64,000 nucleotides of DNA from Eledone cirrhosa (lineage: Eukaryota), in contig OZ024741.1 of the NCBI GenBank assembly GCA_964016885.1, positions 9,982,001 to 10,046,000 of the forward strand. Reading direction: 5' to 3'. This document shows positions 17,206 through 28,757 of this stretch, one piece after another. A program made the translations under genes and the position numbers. The stretch's first letter is position 1. Each line of letters starts with the position of its first letter. The notes under the pieces are model-generated. The model did no database searches and had not been told where the DNA came from. It saw only the letters and a list, made by a program, of their open reading frames with translations.

Positions 17206-19350
17206 TTTCGAAGCTGAACAGTGGAAGATCTCCAGGTATGGATGGCATACATGCTGAGCTCCTACAATATGTTGGTGAGAGACTCCTGCAACATCTTCAC
17301 TCTTTGTTTGGAAGGATATGGGCTAATGAATCCGTACCTGAGGACTGGAGAGATGCAGTAATGGTGGTCTTGTACAAGGGAAAGGGCAACAGGAATGATT
17401 GAGGGAACTACAGAGGTATATCATTGCTTTCTGTCGTAGGGAAAGTTTTATGTAGGGTGCTTCTGGACCGTCTGCTGACACACATTGCAGATTGTGTTTT
17501 TCCTGAAAGTCAATCTGGTTTTCGTGCTGGACGCGGCACTACTGATATGATCTTCTCAGCTAAACAGCTCCAGGAGAAGTGCATTAAACAAGGCTTGGAT
17601 CTGTATCAGGTTTTTGTCGATCTGACAAAGGCTTTCGATACTGTCAACAGAGATGCATTATGGAAGGTTCTCCAGAAACTTGGTTGCCCTGATAAGTTCC
17701 TTGCTTTAGTTAGGTCTTTCCATGACGACATGAAGACTTGGGTTAATGTCGGAGGTAACATGTCGGAGCCTATCTCAGTAAAAAACGGAGTGAAACAGGG
17801 GGATATTCCAGCACCGACCCTGTTTGCCATATACTTTGCAATGGTTTTCTGTATTGCATTCAGGAATTGCGAGCATGGTGTTTACATCCGATATCGAACC
17901 TCAGGCAGCATATTTAACATCAGTCGCTTTGCTGCGAAGACAAAAGTATTTACATCAATCATAAGAGACCTCTTGTATGCAGATGATTGCGATCTTGTAG
18001 CCCACACAGAGAGTGATATGCAGCACATTTTGAATGCATTTTCTGACGCTTGCACTGCCCTGGGTTTGACTGTCAGTCTCAAGAAAACCGTCGTCATGTA
18101 CCAACCTGCCCCTAGTAAGCAGTACACTGAACCAAACATCTATGTGTATGGCAAACGACTTGGAGTGGTTGATCAGTTTGTCTACCTGGGAAGCACTGTC
18201 AATCGATACGGCAACCTTGACAGTGAAATCTCACTTAGGATTAGGAAAGCAAGTGATGCTTTCGGTAAGCTAGAAAGGCGACTCTGGAGTCGGCGAGACA
18301 TATGCAGGAGGACAAAGGTAGGGGTGTACAGGGCATGTGTACTCTCTTGTCTTCTTTATGCCTGCGAGACCTGGGTCACATATCGACACCACCTTAAGCA
18401 ATTGGAGCGTTTCCATCAGATGTGTCTCAGACGGATCCATGGCGTTCACTGGGGGGACCACATCAGTGATGTCGAGATTTTGGAAAGCACTGTGTGTGAC
18501 AGTATAGAAGCTCTTGTGCTTAAGCAACGACTCCGTTGGAGTGGTCACCTTGCCAGGATGAAGGATTCTAGAATACCAAAACAACTCTTCTATGGAGAGT
18601 TGGTTAAAGGAAAACGACCGCCACATAAACCAAAAAAGAGGTATAAGGATTCCTTGAAAGCCTCTCTGAAAGACGCTAACATCTCTGCTGATACATGGGA
18701 AAATATTGCTGCTGATCGTAATAAATGGAGAAAGACTGTATATGAGGGAAAAGTTGCCTTTGAGGCATCTCGAATCGCACACGAGAAAGTAAAGCGGTAT
18801 GTGAGGAAGGGCATTGCTGTTGCCCTTCCAGACGGCGAGGGTCCTCCTATGGTGCTGACATGCAGCGTCTGTGCGAGACTCTGCCTAAGCAAAGCTGGAC
18901 TCGAAAGTCATGTTCGCAGTCATAAAGTAAGACCAGTGGTTGACTACCAGGCTGCTGTTGGAGATGCTACTCATCATGCTTGCCAAACATGTGGTAGAGA
19001 ATGTAAATCAGCAGGAGGGCTCAAGCGACATGCAAAAGTACACGAACTCCATCCACAGCCGACTATTCCCAGTGAATGTTTTGGTTGCCAACTCTGTGCA
19101 AGACATTTTAGATCATTGGCTGGGCTAAAAAGCCACATTCGATCGCAGCGCTGTTAGTTGCTATCGTGTCTGTGTGTGTGTAGATATGCTTATGTGTGTG
19201 CGTGTGTGTGTATATATATGTATATGTATATTATTATTGTTGTTGTCGTTATTATTATTTTTGTTATGATTATTATTATTATTATTGTTATTAATGTATG
19301 TGTGTGTATATGTGTGTGAGTGTGTGTGTGTGTGTGTGTATATGTGTATG

Positions 19351-19439
<89 letters not shown>

Positions 19440-19547
19440 CTTTTTTTTTTTTTTTATTTTATTTTTATTTATTTATTATTATTATTTTTTTCTTTTTTTA
19501 CTCCTCGATAACGAGGGGGCATCCATCATGTATGTATGTATGTATGT
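17206..19547 (+). mobile_element. RTE-clade LINE, 5' truncated, with (ATGT)n on both sides
   Basis: RT ORF, followed by a 3' UTR broken by microsatellites. It ends in a CTCG-ATAA-CGAG hairpin, then GGCATCCATCAT and an (ATGT)n tail. Confidence 0.9.
17424..19157 (+). CDS. RTE LINE reverse transcriptase with three C-terminal C2H2-type zinc fingers (frame continues upstream to ~17206 through one TGA)
   Basis: RT motifs QSGFR, FVDLTKAFDTV, GVKQG, LLYADD, FVYLGS, LLYACETW and RLRWSGHLARM. Fingers: CSVC..HVRSH, CQTC..HAKVH and CQLC..H (last one incomplete). Confidence 0.9.
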   Translation: MLSVVGKVLCRVLLDRLLTHIADCVFPESQSGFRAGRGTTDMIFSAKQLQEKCIKQGLDLYQVFVDLTKAFDTVNRDALWKVLQKLGCPDKFLALVRSFHDDMKTWVNVGGNMSEPISVKNGVKQGDIPAPTLFAIYFAMVFCIAFRNCEHGVYIRYRTSGSIFNISRFAAKTKVFTSIIRDLLYADDCDLVAHTESDMQHILNAFSDACTALGLTVSLKKTVVMYQPAPSKQYTEPNIYVYGKRLGVVDQFVYLGSTVNRYGNLDSEISLRIRKASDAFGKLERRLWSRRDICRRTKVGVYRACVLSCLLYACETWVTYRHHLKQLERFHQMCLRRIHGVHWGDHISDVEILESTVCDSIEALVLKQRLRWSGHLARMKDSRIPKQLFYGELVKGKRPPHKPKKRYKDSLKASLKDANISADTWENIAADRNKWRKTVYEGKVAFEASRIAHEKVKRYVRKGIAVALPDGEGPPMVLTCSVCARLCLSKAGLESHVRSHKVRPVVDYQAAVGDATHHACQTCGRECKSAGGLKRHAKVHELHPQPTIPSECFGCQLCARHFRSLAGLKSHIRSQRC

Positions 19548-20155
19548 CAGGTCACCAGTTGGTGCTACTGGTAACATGTATCCCAGTACAACCTGTCTCA
19601 CAGTCGGGTCGTTCGCGACTAAACTGGCAACCCCACCAAGGTTTCTTGGTGAGGAGGGTGACTTTGGACATCCTGCAGGACTAAAAACAAAACCTGTCAA
19701 AGGGCAAAGGAGCTCTTAAGAGTCCATGGCCATCCAAAATCACCGGGAGAGATGACCCCTTAGCCTTTGTCAAGGCAGAATTCTAGGAGAAGGAAAACTC
19801 TGATATATCACCTGCAACCCTGATGGTATCCAATGATGTTGACTTGTTCTTCTTTTTGGTAAATATCATCTTGGTTATGAGAGTGGGACTGGCTTTGTGC
19901 AGTGCCTTTGCTCACTATAAAAGCTTCACGGCACAGGCATTGCTTTATATCTGGAGATCTCTCTGCACTTGTCGTCACATGGTACCATGAGCCCAGCACT
20001 ATGTGTCAATAATTGTCACAAGTGTAGTGTTTGTACCAGAGTTTTCAAGTTGCTGGCTGGACTAAAAAGTCACACTCGTTCAGCGCATCGGTAGGGGTTC
20101 TCCTACATGGATATAAAGTAGTGGCCGTACTCGAAAACGAGTTGGCAGCCACCAT
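19548..20155 (+). mobile_element. ~610-bp non-autonomous RTE-derived (bipartite) retroelement, full copy
   Basis: Six near-identical copies in the window. It carries the RTE 5'UTR-like motif CTAGGAGAAGGAAAACTCTGAT, a 3' zinc-finger remnant ([17 protein letters not shown]), a CTCG-AAAA-CGAG hairpin and an (ATGT)n tail. Confidence 0.8.
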
Positions 20156-20164
20156 ATATGTATG

Positions 20165-20452
20165 TAGTGTAGTGTTTGTACCAGAGTTTTCAAGTCACTG
20201 GCTGGACCAAAAAGTCACACTCGTTCAGCGCATCGGTAGGGGTTCTCCTACATGGATATAAAGTAGTGGCCGTACTCGAAAACGAGTTGGCAGCCACCAT
20301 ATATGTATGTAGTGTAGTGTTTGTACCAGAGTTTTCAAGTCGCTGGCTGGACTAAAAAGTCACACTCGTTCAGTGCATCGCATCGGTAGGGGTTCTCCTA
20401 CATGGATATAATGTAGTGGCCGTACTCGAAAACGAGTTGGCAGCCACCATGT
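20165..20452 (+). repeat. Two extra tandem copies of the last ~140 bp of the bipartite element
   Basis: TGTAGTGTTTGTACCAGAG...GGCAGCCACCAT is repeated, separated by short ATGT tails. Confidence 0.9.
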
Positions 20453-20460
20453 ATGTATGT

Positions 20461-23073
20461 TATCTATTTCTCTTAATTTCGAGTATATTTTTTTGACCGG
20501 CCACCTTCCTGGTAGCAAGGTTGTACAAGAAAAGAAATTGTCATCCCTTGAATCGCAAGAATGTTTTGCAAATTTTGAAGGTGCCATCTATCGCAGCCAT
20601 TTGTAGACTATGAATTAGGGATCTGCGTTCTTTGTCCGCAAATCCAAGTTCCGTCATACTTTGGTCCAAGTGGGTTGGTATATAACCCGTAGCTCCAATA
20701 ATGATGGGTATGAAGCTAAAGGTGTATCTTGGATACTGAATTTGTAAACTCCTCATCAACGGTCTGTAGATTACCCCCTTCTCCTGTATTTTTCTGACAA
20801 CGTTTACATTAGGTGGGCAGCTGATCTCCACAACAGAACACGTTTTCAATGTGTGGTCCCAAACAACAATATAAGGCCGGTTGTGCTTTAATTTGGTGGC
20901 AGTTTTTATTTTCAGGTTCCACTAGTATTCCTTAGTGCCATCTGTCTCAATATATTCTTCCTCGTTTGTTGTTAATTTTGTTTTCCAAAGTGCGTTCCAG
21001 ATGGTTCTAGATATCCCATCGTGTCTCATAGGGAGGTAGTAGCGAGATGACATTCTTTCGCAGCTGGCAACAATGTGGCTTACATCCTCGATCTTTGTTT
21101 TACATAGCCTACATTTATTGTCAGCTGATGGCCCTCCCCTTTTGTGCAGGAGATATTTGGTAGGGAGCAATTGTTCCTGTATTGCATAGAGATATCCCCC
21201 AAGTTAATATGTCATAAACTTGTCGGAACTTCATGCCAGGCTTTTTGAGTGGTTTATCCCCTCTATGGTCTGTGTTTTACGTCTCAAGTATCCATGCACA
21301 ACTTTTTCTGTAAATTGGTCAATTTTTTCATCTTGTTTGAACATTGAATAGGATCTTCCGATTTCTCTGGGTGAGAGATTTTTTATCAGGCTTTATTCCA
21401 TACCTCTCCTCCAGATCAGTGGCTATTCTAATGAGATTTTTTTTTTCATGCTCATAAACCTGGGCAAGATGGTTGCCAACCTTTTTCCTCTGTTGAAGAT
21501 GTTGCTTCGGTGTTACTATCCAGGTCTCATATGATGTTAATATGGATCTTAGACCCCGGCCACCTTCCTTGCGTGAGAAGTATAGCCTATCCACATCACC
21601 ATTGATGTTAAAGTTCCCAGTAACACTGAGAAGTTTGCAAGTTCTCTCATCCATCTCACTTAGTTCTTGCAATAACCAGCTCAGCAGGCCAAATGTTGGC
21701 GTTAGAATTTGCACAGCATAAGTATTGTGGGCAATGTATTTGTTGTACGGTGACAGTTCTGATGACCATATTTTCTTTACTCTTCTGAGGTATTCAGTTC
21801 TGGTTCTCTACTTATTTATGGGTCCATCATATCTGACATTCTCATCCTGTCCAAGATATCTGTAGTTGTCACCTGACTCTAGAGGTTCTATTGTCAGGCC
21901 GTTCAGTTATAAATTTCTAGAGGAGGGCACAGCTCTTCCACGTTTTACTGCCAAATATGCACACTTGGACTCACCAAATTTCATTTTGATGTCTGTTGAA
22001 AATTGTGTAATGAGATCCAATTGTTTCTTGATGTCATTGATATTTGGCCCATACAATTTCAGGTTATCAACAAAGAAAAGATGGGAGATACTTCTGGACT
22101 CACTTCTTTGTCCACCTTGTTTCCTGAGTAGGTAAGATAGTGGATTTAGTGAGAGAACGAAGAGTAGCACTTACAAACTATCACCCTGAAAGATGCCCTT
22201 CTGGTAATGTATCTTATCAGTCTTAACTTGCTCCTTCTCACCTCTAAGGATCAAATTGGTGTACCAGTTCTTGGTCAGACGTTCAACAGCACCTACCAGT
22301 GGTTGTGGGACTTTGGATAACTGTAAAGCCTTAACAATCCACCCATGAGGTACACTATCAAATGCTTTTTGATAGTCCAGCCACACCGCAGTCATATTTC
22401 TGCGATTCTTTGTGCTTTTTCTTGAATCATTTTATTAGTTAGGAGGTGATATATGCAATCCCACACCTCCCCTTTTCCACCAGCTTGCTCAGGTGTTATG
22501 ATGTTGTTGGTAGCACAATGATCCTGTAAGAACAGGTTAAGGCACCCAGTATATAATTTATACATGATGTTTGGCAGGCTATTGGGCGATAATGTTTAGC
22601 AAGGGTGGTTTGGCTATTTTGGGGAATGAGGACAGTAGAGGCAGTTGATAACCATCTGGGCAGTTCTTGTGTGCCTTTAATGGTTTCTGTAAACAGCCGT
22701 ATGAGATCTTGCCGATAGAAAGTGAAATTCTTCAACCAGTATCCTGTAATGAGGTCTGGGCCTGGTGATTTCCTATTCGACATTTTCTGTAGAGCTCTTT
22801 CCAGTATTGACCCATCTATGTCATATTGTTTTGTCTGGACATGTTGGCAGTAGTCCTGTTCCAGTTCTTTTAGCCAATTAGTTTGTCTGTTGAATCCGTC
22901 ATCCGTTTCCCATACAGATCTCCAGTAGCTCTCAACCTGTTCTTTTGAAGGGGTGTCATTTACAGAGATTGAGCTTTTGCCACCGAAGCTGCGATAAACT
23001 GATTTAGGATCTCTGGCAAACAATCTATTTAGCACTTGTTGTTTATGTGCTGTTGACTTATATTTTAGTCTTA

Positions 23074-23075
<2 letters not shown>
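20461..23075 (-). mobile_element. R4/Dong-type non-LTR retrotransposon (RT + CCHC + restriction-like endonuclease), 5' truncated and frameshifted
   Basis: Motifs KSPGPD, YRPIAC, WLDYQKAFDSVPH, GIFQGDSL, SHLFFVDNLKLY, RLYFSRKEGGRGL, CRLC..H..C..RHD, VVEISCP and IPIIIGATG. Confidence 0.88.
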
Positions 23076-23104
<29 letters not shown>

Positions 23105-23154
23105 TGTATGTATGTATGTATGTATGTATGTATGTATGTATGTATGTATGTATG

Positions 23155-23480
23155 CTCTTCTTTTGTTCTTGTTCTTCTTTTTGGTAAATATCATCTTGGT
23201 TAAGAGAGTGGGACTGGCTTTGTGCAATGCCTTTGCTCACTATAAAAGCTTCACGGCACAGGCATTGCTTTATATCTGGAGATCTCTCTGCACTTGTCGT
23301 CACATGGTACCATGGGCCCAGCACTATGTGTCAATAATTGTCGCAAGTGTAGTGTTTGTACCAGAGTTTTCAAGTTGCTGGCTGGACTAAAAAGTCACAC
23401 TCGTTCAGCGCATCGGTAGGGGTTCTCCTACATGGATATAAAGTAGTGGCCGTACTCGAAAACGAGTTGGCAGCCACCAT
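23155..23480 (+). mobile_element. Bipartite RTE-derived element, 5' truncated
   Basis: Matches 19845-20155. Confidence 0.85.
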
Positions 23481-23493
23481 GTATGTATGTATG

Positions 23494-24300
23494 TTATTCT
23501 GGTTTTATAATTTCACACAGTTTTACCAATAAAGAGAGAGTCGGTTTCTAACATAGACACAAGACTCTCTCATTGGAATTTACACAACATCAACTAGGTA
23601 GATTATGTATGCATGCATGTGTAGATATGGATGTTATTGTATGTGTGGATGTGTATGTTTTGAGTTGTATGTGTGCATGCGTATATGCTTTGCATCTGTA
23701 CATGTGTATATGCAGTTATTAGATGCAAAATGTTTGGAATGTTTTACATATTTTTACTGTTCCATTAATGGATTGTACTTGTAATTTCTTAACTAGTTGT
23801 GTTCTTTCTGTTCCTGTGAAGCCCAGCTTCTCAAGATTTGAATTGAGGCAGTTACTAACATACCCCAGTGCCCCAATAATCACAGGCATAAATATGAAGG
23901 TGTAATCAGTGTGGAGTATCTGCAGATTTCTTATCAGTTCTGCATAAATATTCTCCTTTTCGATAATCTTTGATATTATATTGGCATCTGCTGGGCAGCT
24001 AATTTCCACTACTGTGCATGCTTTCTTCTCCCTGTCCCATATCATAATATCTGGTCTGTTATGCCTGAATTTTATTGGGGTTTTTACTGGAACATTCCAC
24101 CAGTACTCTTTCATATTATGTACATGGATGTCTTCCACATTGCTGTAGCTTTTAATGTGTTTATTATCGGGGCTATCTTTTTTACGAACTGCATCATGCC
24201 TCATAGGTAGATAGTACCGCGATGACATCTTTGGACAGCTGCTGATGACATGGGTGATATCCTCGATGTTAGTTCTGCAGAGTCTGCACTTGTTATCACT
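23494..24300 (-). mobile_element. R4/Dong-type LINE 3' fragment (second subfamily), RLE domain
   Basis: Motifs CRLC, YYLPMRHD, HNRPDIMIWD, VVEISCP and MPVIIGALG. Flanked by ATGT repeats. Confidence 0.85.
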
Positions 24301-24345
24301 ATGTATGTATATATGTATGTATGTACGTATGTATATATGTATGTC

Positions 24346-24783
24346 ATATCAGAGTTTTCCTTCTCCTAGAATTCTGCCTTGACAAAGGCTAAGGGGTCAT
24401 CTCTCCCGGTGATTTTTGATGACCATTGACTCTTAAGAGCTGCTTTGCCCTGATGGTATCCAATGATATTGACTTGATCTTCTTTTTGATAAATATCATC
24501 TTGGTTAAGAGAGTGGGACTGGCTTTGTGCAGTGCCTTTGCTCACTATAAAATCTTCACGGCACAGGCATTGCTTTATATCTGGAGATCTCTCTGCACGT
24601 CTCGTCACATGGTACCATGGGCCTAGCACTATGTGTCAATAATTGTCACAAGTGTAGTGTTTGTACCAGAGTTTTCAAGTTGCTGGCTGGACTAAAATGT
24701 CACACTCATTCAGCGCATTGGTAGGGGTTCTCTTACATGGATATAAAGCAGTGGCCGTACTCGAAAACGAGTTGGCAGCCACC

Positions 24784-24785
<2 letters not shown>
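24346..24785 (+). mobile_element. Bipartite RTE-derived element with an inverted 5' segment (24346-24450)
   Basis: 24346-24450 is the reverse complement of ~19700-19805. The remainder is colinear with the full copy. Confidence 0.85.
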
Positions 24786-24816
<31 letters not shown>

Positions 24817-24863
24817 TGTATGTATGTATATATGTATATATGTATGTATGTATGTATATATTT

Positions 24864-25255
24864 ATGTTTCTCATTCACTTAATTTCGAGTCTATTTTTGA
24901 CCGGCCACCTTCCTGGTAGAAAGATTGTAAAAGAAAAGAAATTGTCTTCCCTTGAATTGTAAGAATGTTTTGCAAATTTTGAAGGTGCCATCTAACGCAG
25001 CCATTTGTAGTCTATGAATTAGGGAGCTGCGCTCTTTGTCCACAAATCCAAGTTCGGTTATATTTTGGTCCAAGTGGGTTGGTATATAACCTGTAGCTCC
25101 AATAATGATGGGTATGAAGCTAAAGGTGTATCTTGGATATTGTTTCAGAAAATTGCTCATCATTGGTCCGTAGATGTCCTCCTTCTCCTATATTTTTCTG
25201 ACAACGTTCCACATGGTTCTAGCTATCACATCGTGTCTCATAGGGAGGTAATAAC
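24864..25255 (-). mobile_element. R4/Dong-type LINE short 3' fragment, same subfamily as 20461-23075
   Basis: QYPRYTFSFIPIIIGATGYIPTHLDQ and the 3' UTR are shared with the 20461 copy. Confidence 0.85.
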
Positions 25256-25286
<31 letters not shown>

Positions 25287-25367
25287 TGTATGTATGTATG
25301 TATGTATGTATACACGTATACGCGTATGTATCTATATATGTATATATCCCTCTCTCTCTCTCACTCA

Positions 25368-25423
<56 letters not shown>

Positions 25424-25845
25424 TTGTATACATGAAAATTGAAATAGAAACAGAAGGCGTCGCCGTAACATTTGGCTAAATATAATAGTTTAATAGCTGG
25501 GTGTAAAGAGGGGGAGAAGTTAATAAAGAGACCGAACGTAAGTCCTGAATCTGTACTAACAGCACGAGGGAGAGCGAAGAAAAAAACCTCTGACCTTAGC
25601 AAGAACAGGCACAAAGAGAAAGAGACGAAGGAAAACGGAAGTCAGAGGGGCGAAGGGGAAGTGGTAACGGAGGAGAAAGAGAGGGGGAAAAGGGAGATGG
25701 TAAAAGAGAAATAGAATAAGTGAGTAGCAGAGAGGGAGAGAAAGGGAGAGAAATAAAGAGAAAGTTGTTGTTAATTCGGCTTTTGAATTTAAGTTCTGCC
25801 ATTTTGGATTACTTCTTTTCATTCTTCCTTTCTTTCTCTTACTCT

Positions 25846-25928
<83 letters not shown>

Positions 25929-25952
25929 GTATAATAAACAATACAATATAAT

Positions 25953-26024
25953 TACCTCATTACCAGAGGTTTCCCGAATAAGACGAATACGAAAAACGTC
26001 CTCATTCGTTCATCAGACAAGGCA
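25953..26024 (-). ncRNA. Type I hammerhead ribozyme (family A)
   Basis: Reverse-complement copy of 26048-26119. Confidence 0.8.
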
Positions 26025-26047
26025 ATTTAAAAACAAAGTGTTTAAAC

Positions 26048-26119
26048 TGCCTTGTCTGATGAACGAATGAGGACGTTTTTCGTATTCGTCTTATTCGGGA
26101 AACCTCTGGTAATGAGGTA
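26048..26119 (+). ncRNA. Type I hammerhead ribozyme (family A)
   Basis: Stem I TGCCTTGT/ATGAGGTA, core CTGATGA, stem II CGAATGAG../..CTTATTCG, GAAA, stem III CC-TCT-GG, cleavage triplet GTA. Confidence 0.8.
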
Positions 26120-26426
26120 ATTATATTGTATTGTTTATTATACATTATATATATATATATACATATATGGCCACCACTGTATATATATATATATAAGAAA
26201 ATAGTCAAGACCCCGACGGCAGAGCTCAAGCCGTTTCATCGGTGTCTTGACTCTTTTCCTATTACCCACTCTACTACCCAAAGTATCGAGTACTCTGGTG
26301 CGTTATGGTTCACCTGGTTCCTTACCACAGCTTCTTTGTATATATATATATATATTTATTAAAATAACAGATTAAAGTTTAAGTAAAGAATCGCTGCTTT
26401 CACACTTTTAGTCTTCACATTTATTA

Positions 26427-26471
<45 letters not shown>

Positions 26472-26671
26472 AGGTAGAGAGAAATGCAGATATATAGTTT
26501 TATAGTTTATATAATACACATACATATGTTTATTACACATGTAAAATACACAATCACAATTACACTTTTATACATACGTACAAATATATATTTATATATT
26601 TATACATACCAGAATACATATATATTCACACACATACACAGACACACACACACACACCACACATACAGACA

Positions 26672-26744
<73 letters not shown>

Positions 26745-26878
26745 TTGTTTACACATGTATGTATATTCAGAGACGACCATACACAATCAAAGGCTCCCAT
26801 AATATATATCTTTCATTCTTTTCTCTCACTCTCCCCCTCACTTCCACTCTCCCTCTCCCGCTCCTCCTATTCTCTCTC

Positions 26879-26975
<97 letters not shown>

Positions 26976-27527
26976 TTGTATATATATATATATATATATA
27001 TAACATATATATACACACACATATATATATATATATACACACACATACGCACACACACACACACACGTACACAGTCACACACAAACACACACACATATAT
27101 ATATAATTTTTGGGAACGCCATGTTGTAGTGGGTTGTAAAAGTGCCATAGTCCCCCCACCCACCCACCCACCTGTTGACAGGTAAGGTGAACAATAGCTA
27201 AACACACCTGATTGTGTTGACACCATGAAATCTACTATGGATGGTTCACTCAATGGACGACAATTCTTTTAATGTCCCCCCCCACCCTCTCTCTCTCTCT
27301 GTATATGTATGTCTAAGTGTGTATGTATGTATTCGAGATGTGTTAGTATATCACGTGTTTTACAGTGTATATATATATGTATGTCTAAGTGTGTATGTAT
27401 GTATTCGAGATGTGTTAGTATATCACGTGTTTTACAGTGTATATATGTATCAGGGGCTTCACTTCATTTGTAGTACTGTTTATATGCATTAAAGTGTATG
27501 TATGTATTAGTGTATATATCTATTAAA

Positions 27528-27565
<38 letters not shown>

Positions 27566-27751
27566 AACTGTATTTATGTAATAGTGTGTATCTAAATATT
27601 AGTGTGTATATATCTGTATTAGTGTATATATATATATGTGTGTGTATGTGTATGTGTCCCACCCCACACTCAAGCGTGAACCTAATACTAACACATGGTA
27701 CTGCTATTGTTTTTGTTTTCTGTTTTAACTATGATATATATATATATGTAT

Positions 27752-27956
27752 ATATATGAAAAAAGTTTGTCCTTCATCAGTGATCTTCCAACCATCATAG
27801 GCATTTCATCGCTTTAAAGACCATATACCTCCGGTTGGTGTCCCAACGACTTTTTTTAGCCGTTGCTCGCACCAAGCGGAGGTATATGGTCTTTAAAGCG
27901 ATGAAATGCCTATGATGGTTGGAAGATGACTGATGAAGGACAAACTTTTTTCATAT
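27752..27956. repeat. Fold-back palindrome of a probable PLE terminal sequence, same family as 52685-53320
   Basis: Arms ATATGAAAAAAGTTTGTCCTTCATCAG... and ...CTGATGAAGGACAAACTTTTTTCATAT. Confidence 0.85.
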
Positions 27957-28009
27957 GTAACCCATTTGCAACTCCGCAGCGCCCTTATTATCATATATGT
28001 TTATATATA

Positions 28010-28566
28010 TATACGCACATATATATATGTGTGCATGTATGTATATATATACATAATACTGTACGTCTGTATACATATATGTATGTACGTGTACATACTT
28101 ACATTTAAGTATCAGCCGTACTAAGAGTGAGAAATGAAATTTCGTTTCATTCTTTTCCATTTATCGTTTTCGGTATGCCGGGCCGACTAACTCACTCGAT
28201 ATGCAAATTAGGCTGCTCAGCCGTTAATATGCATAAGGAAAGTATATACTTTCAGACGTTCAATCATCTGACAGAACGGTATACGGTGCTGACGATAGCT
28301 AATAAGCTTGAAACTAGTACAACGTTCCTGTGTTAGTGTTGAGCAAAACAGGCGACAATGGTTGCCGAGCACTGTACGGCGTAATTCGGGCTGTTCGTTT
28401 ACAAACAAACCGAACATTATAATAAATGTTCGGTAAACCCATACGTACATATTTATATGTGTGCATGTATGTATATATATATATACTAGTGTGCGTCTGT
28501 ACATAGGTATATTTATGTATCAGCCGTACTAAGAGTGAGAAATGAAATTTCGTTTCATTCTTTTCC

Positions 28567-28570
<4 letters not shown>
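28010..28570 (+). mobile_element. ORF-less hammerhead-bearing unit with terminal direct repeats (retrozyme-like/pLTR)
   Basis: ~28015-28162 is repeated at ~28445-28570, with an internal hammerhead. Confidence 0.65.
28283..28325 (+). ncRNA. Minimal type I hammerhead ribozyme (family B)
   Basis: ACGGTG CTGACGA TAGCT-AATA-AGCTT GAAAC TA GTA CAACGT, with one mismatch in stem I. Confidence 0.75.
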
Positions 28571-28639
<69 letters not shown>

Positions 28640-28757
28640 TATATATATATATGAGATACGTAGTTAAGAAAGCCACAACAATGCAGAGGGAAATCTCGAG
28701 GTAGGAAGTGAAAGATAGATAGGAAAAACAGGTGAAAGTGAAAATTGAGAGAGACAA

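Larger units (their letters stand above)
25922..26150. repeat. Near-perfect fold-back palindrome (~110-bp arms) inside (TA)n
   Basis: The arms are reverse complements centred at ~26036. ORFs 25720+ and 26002- translate to the same peptide. Confidence 0.95.

Noticed and set aside
17400-17402. In-frame TGA at a usual Cys position (ND*GNYRGISLL) as selenocysteine
   Set aside because: It is one substitution from TGY in a truncated copy, and no SECIS was seen.
19550-19700. HDV-like ribozyme at the 5' end of the bipartite element
   Set aside because: A P1-like helix with a G-U first pair exists, but P3/L3 and P1.1 could not be placed.
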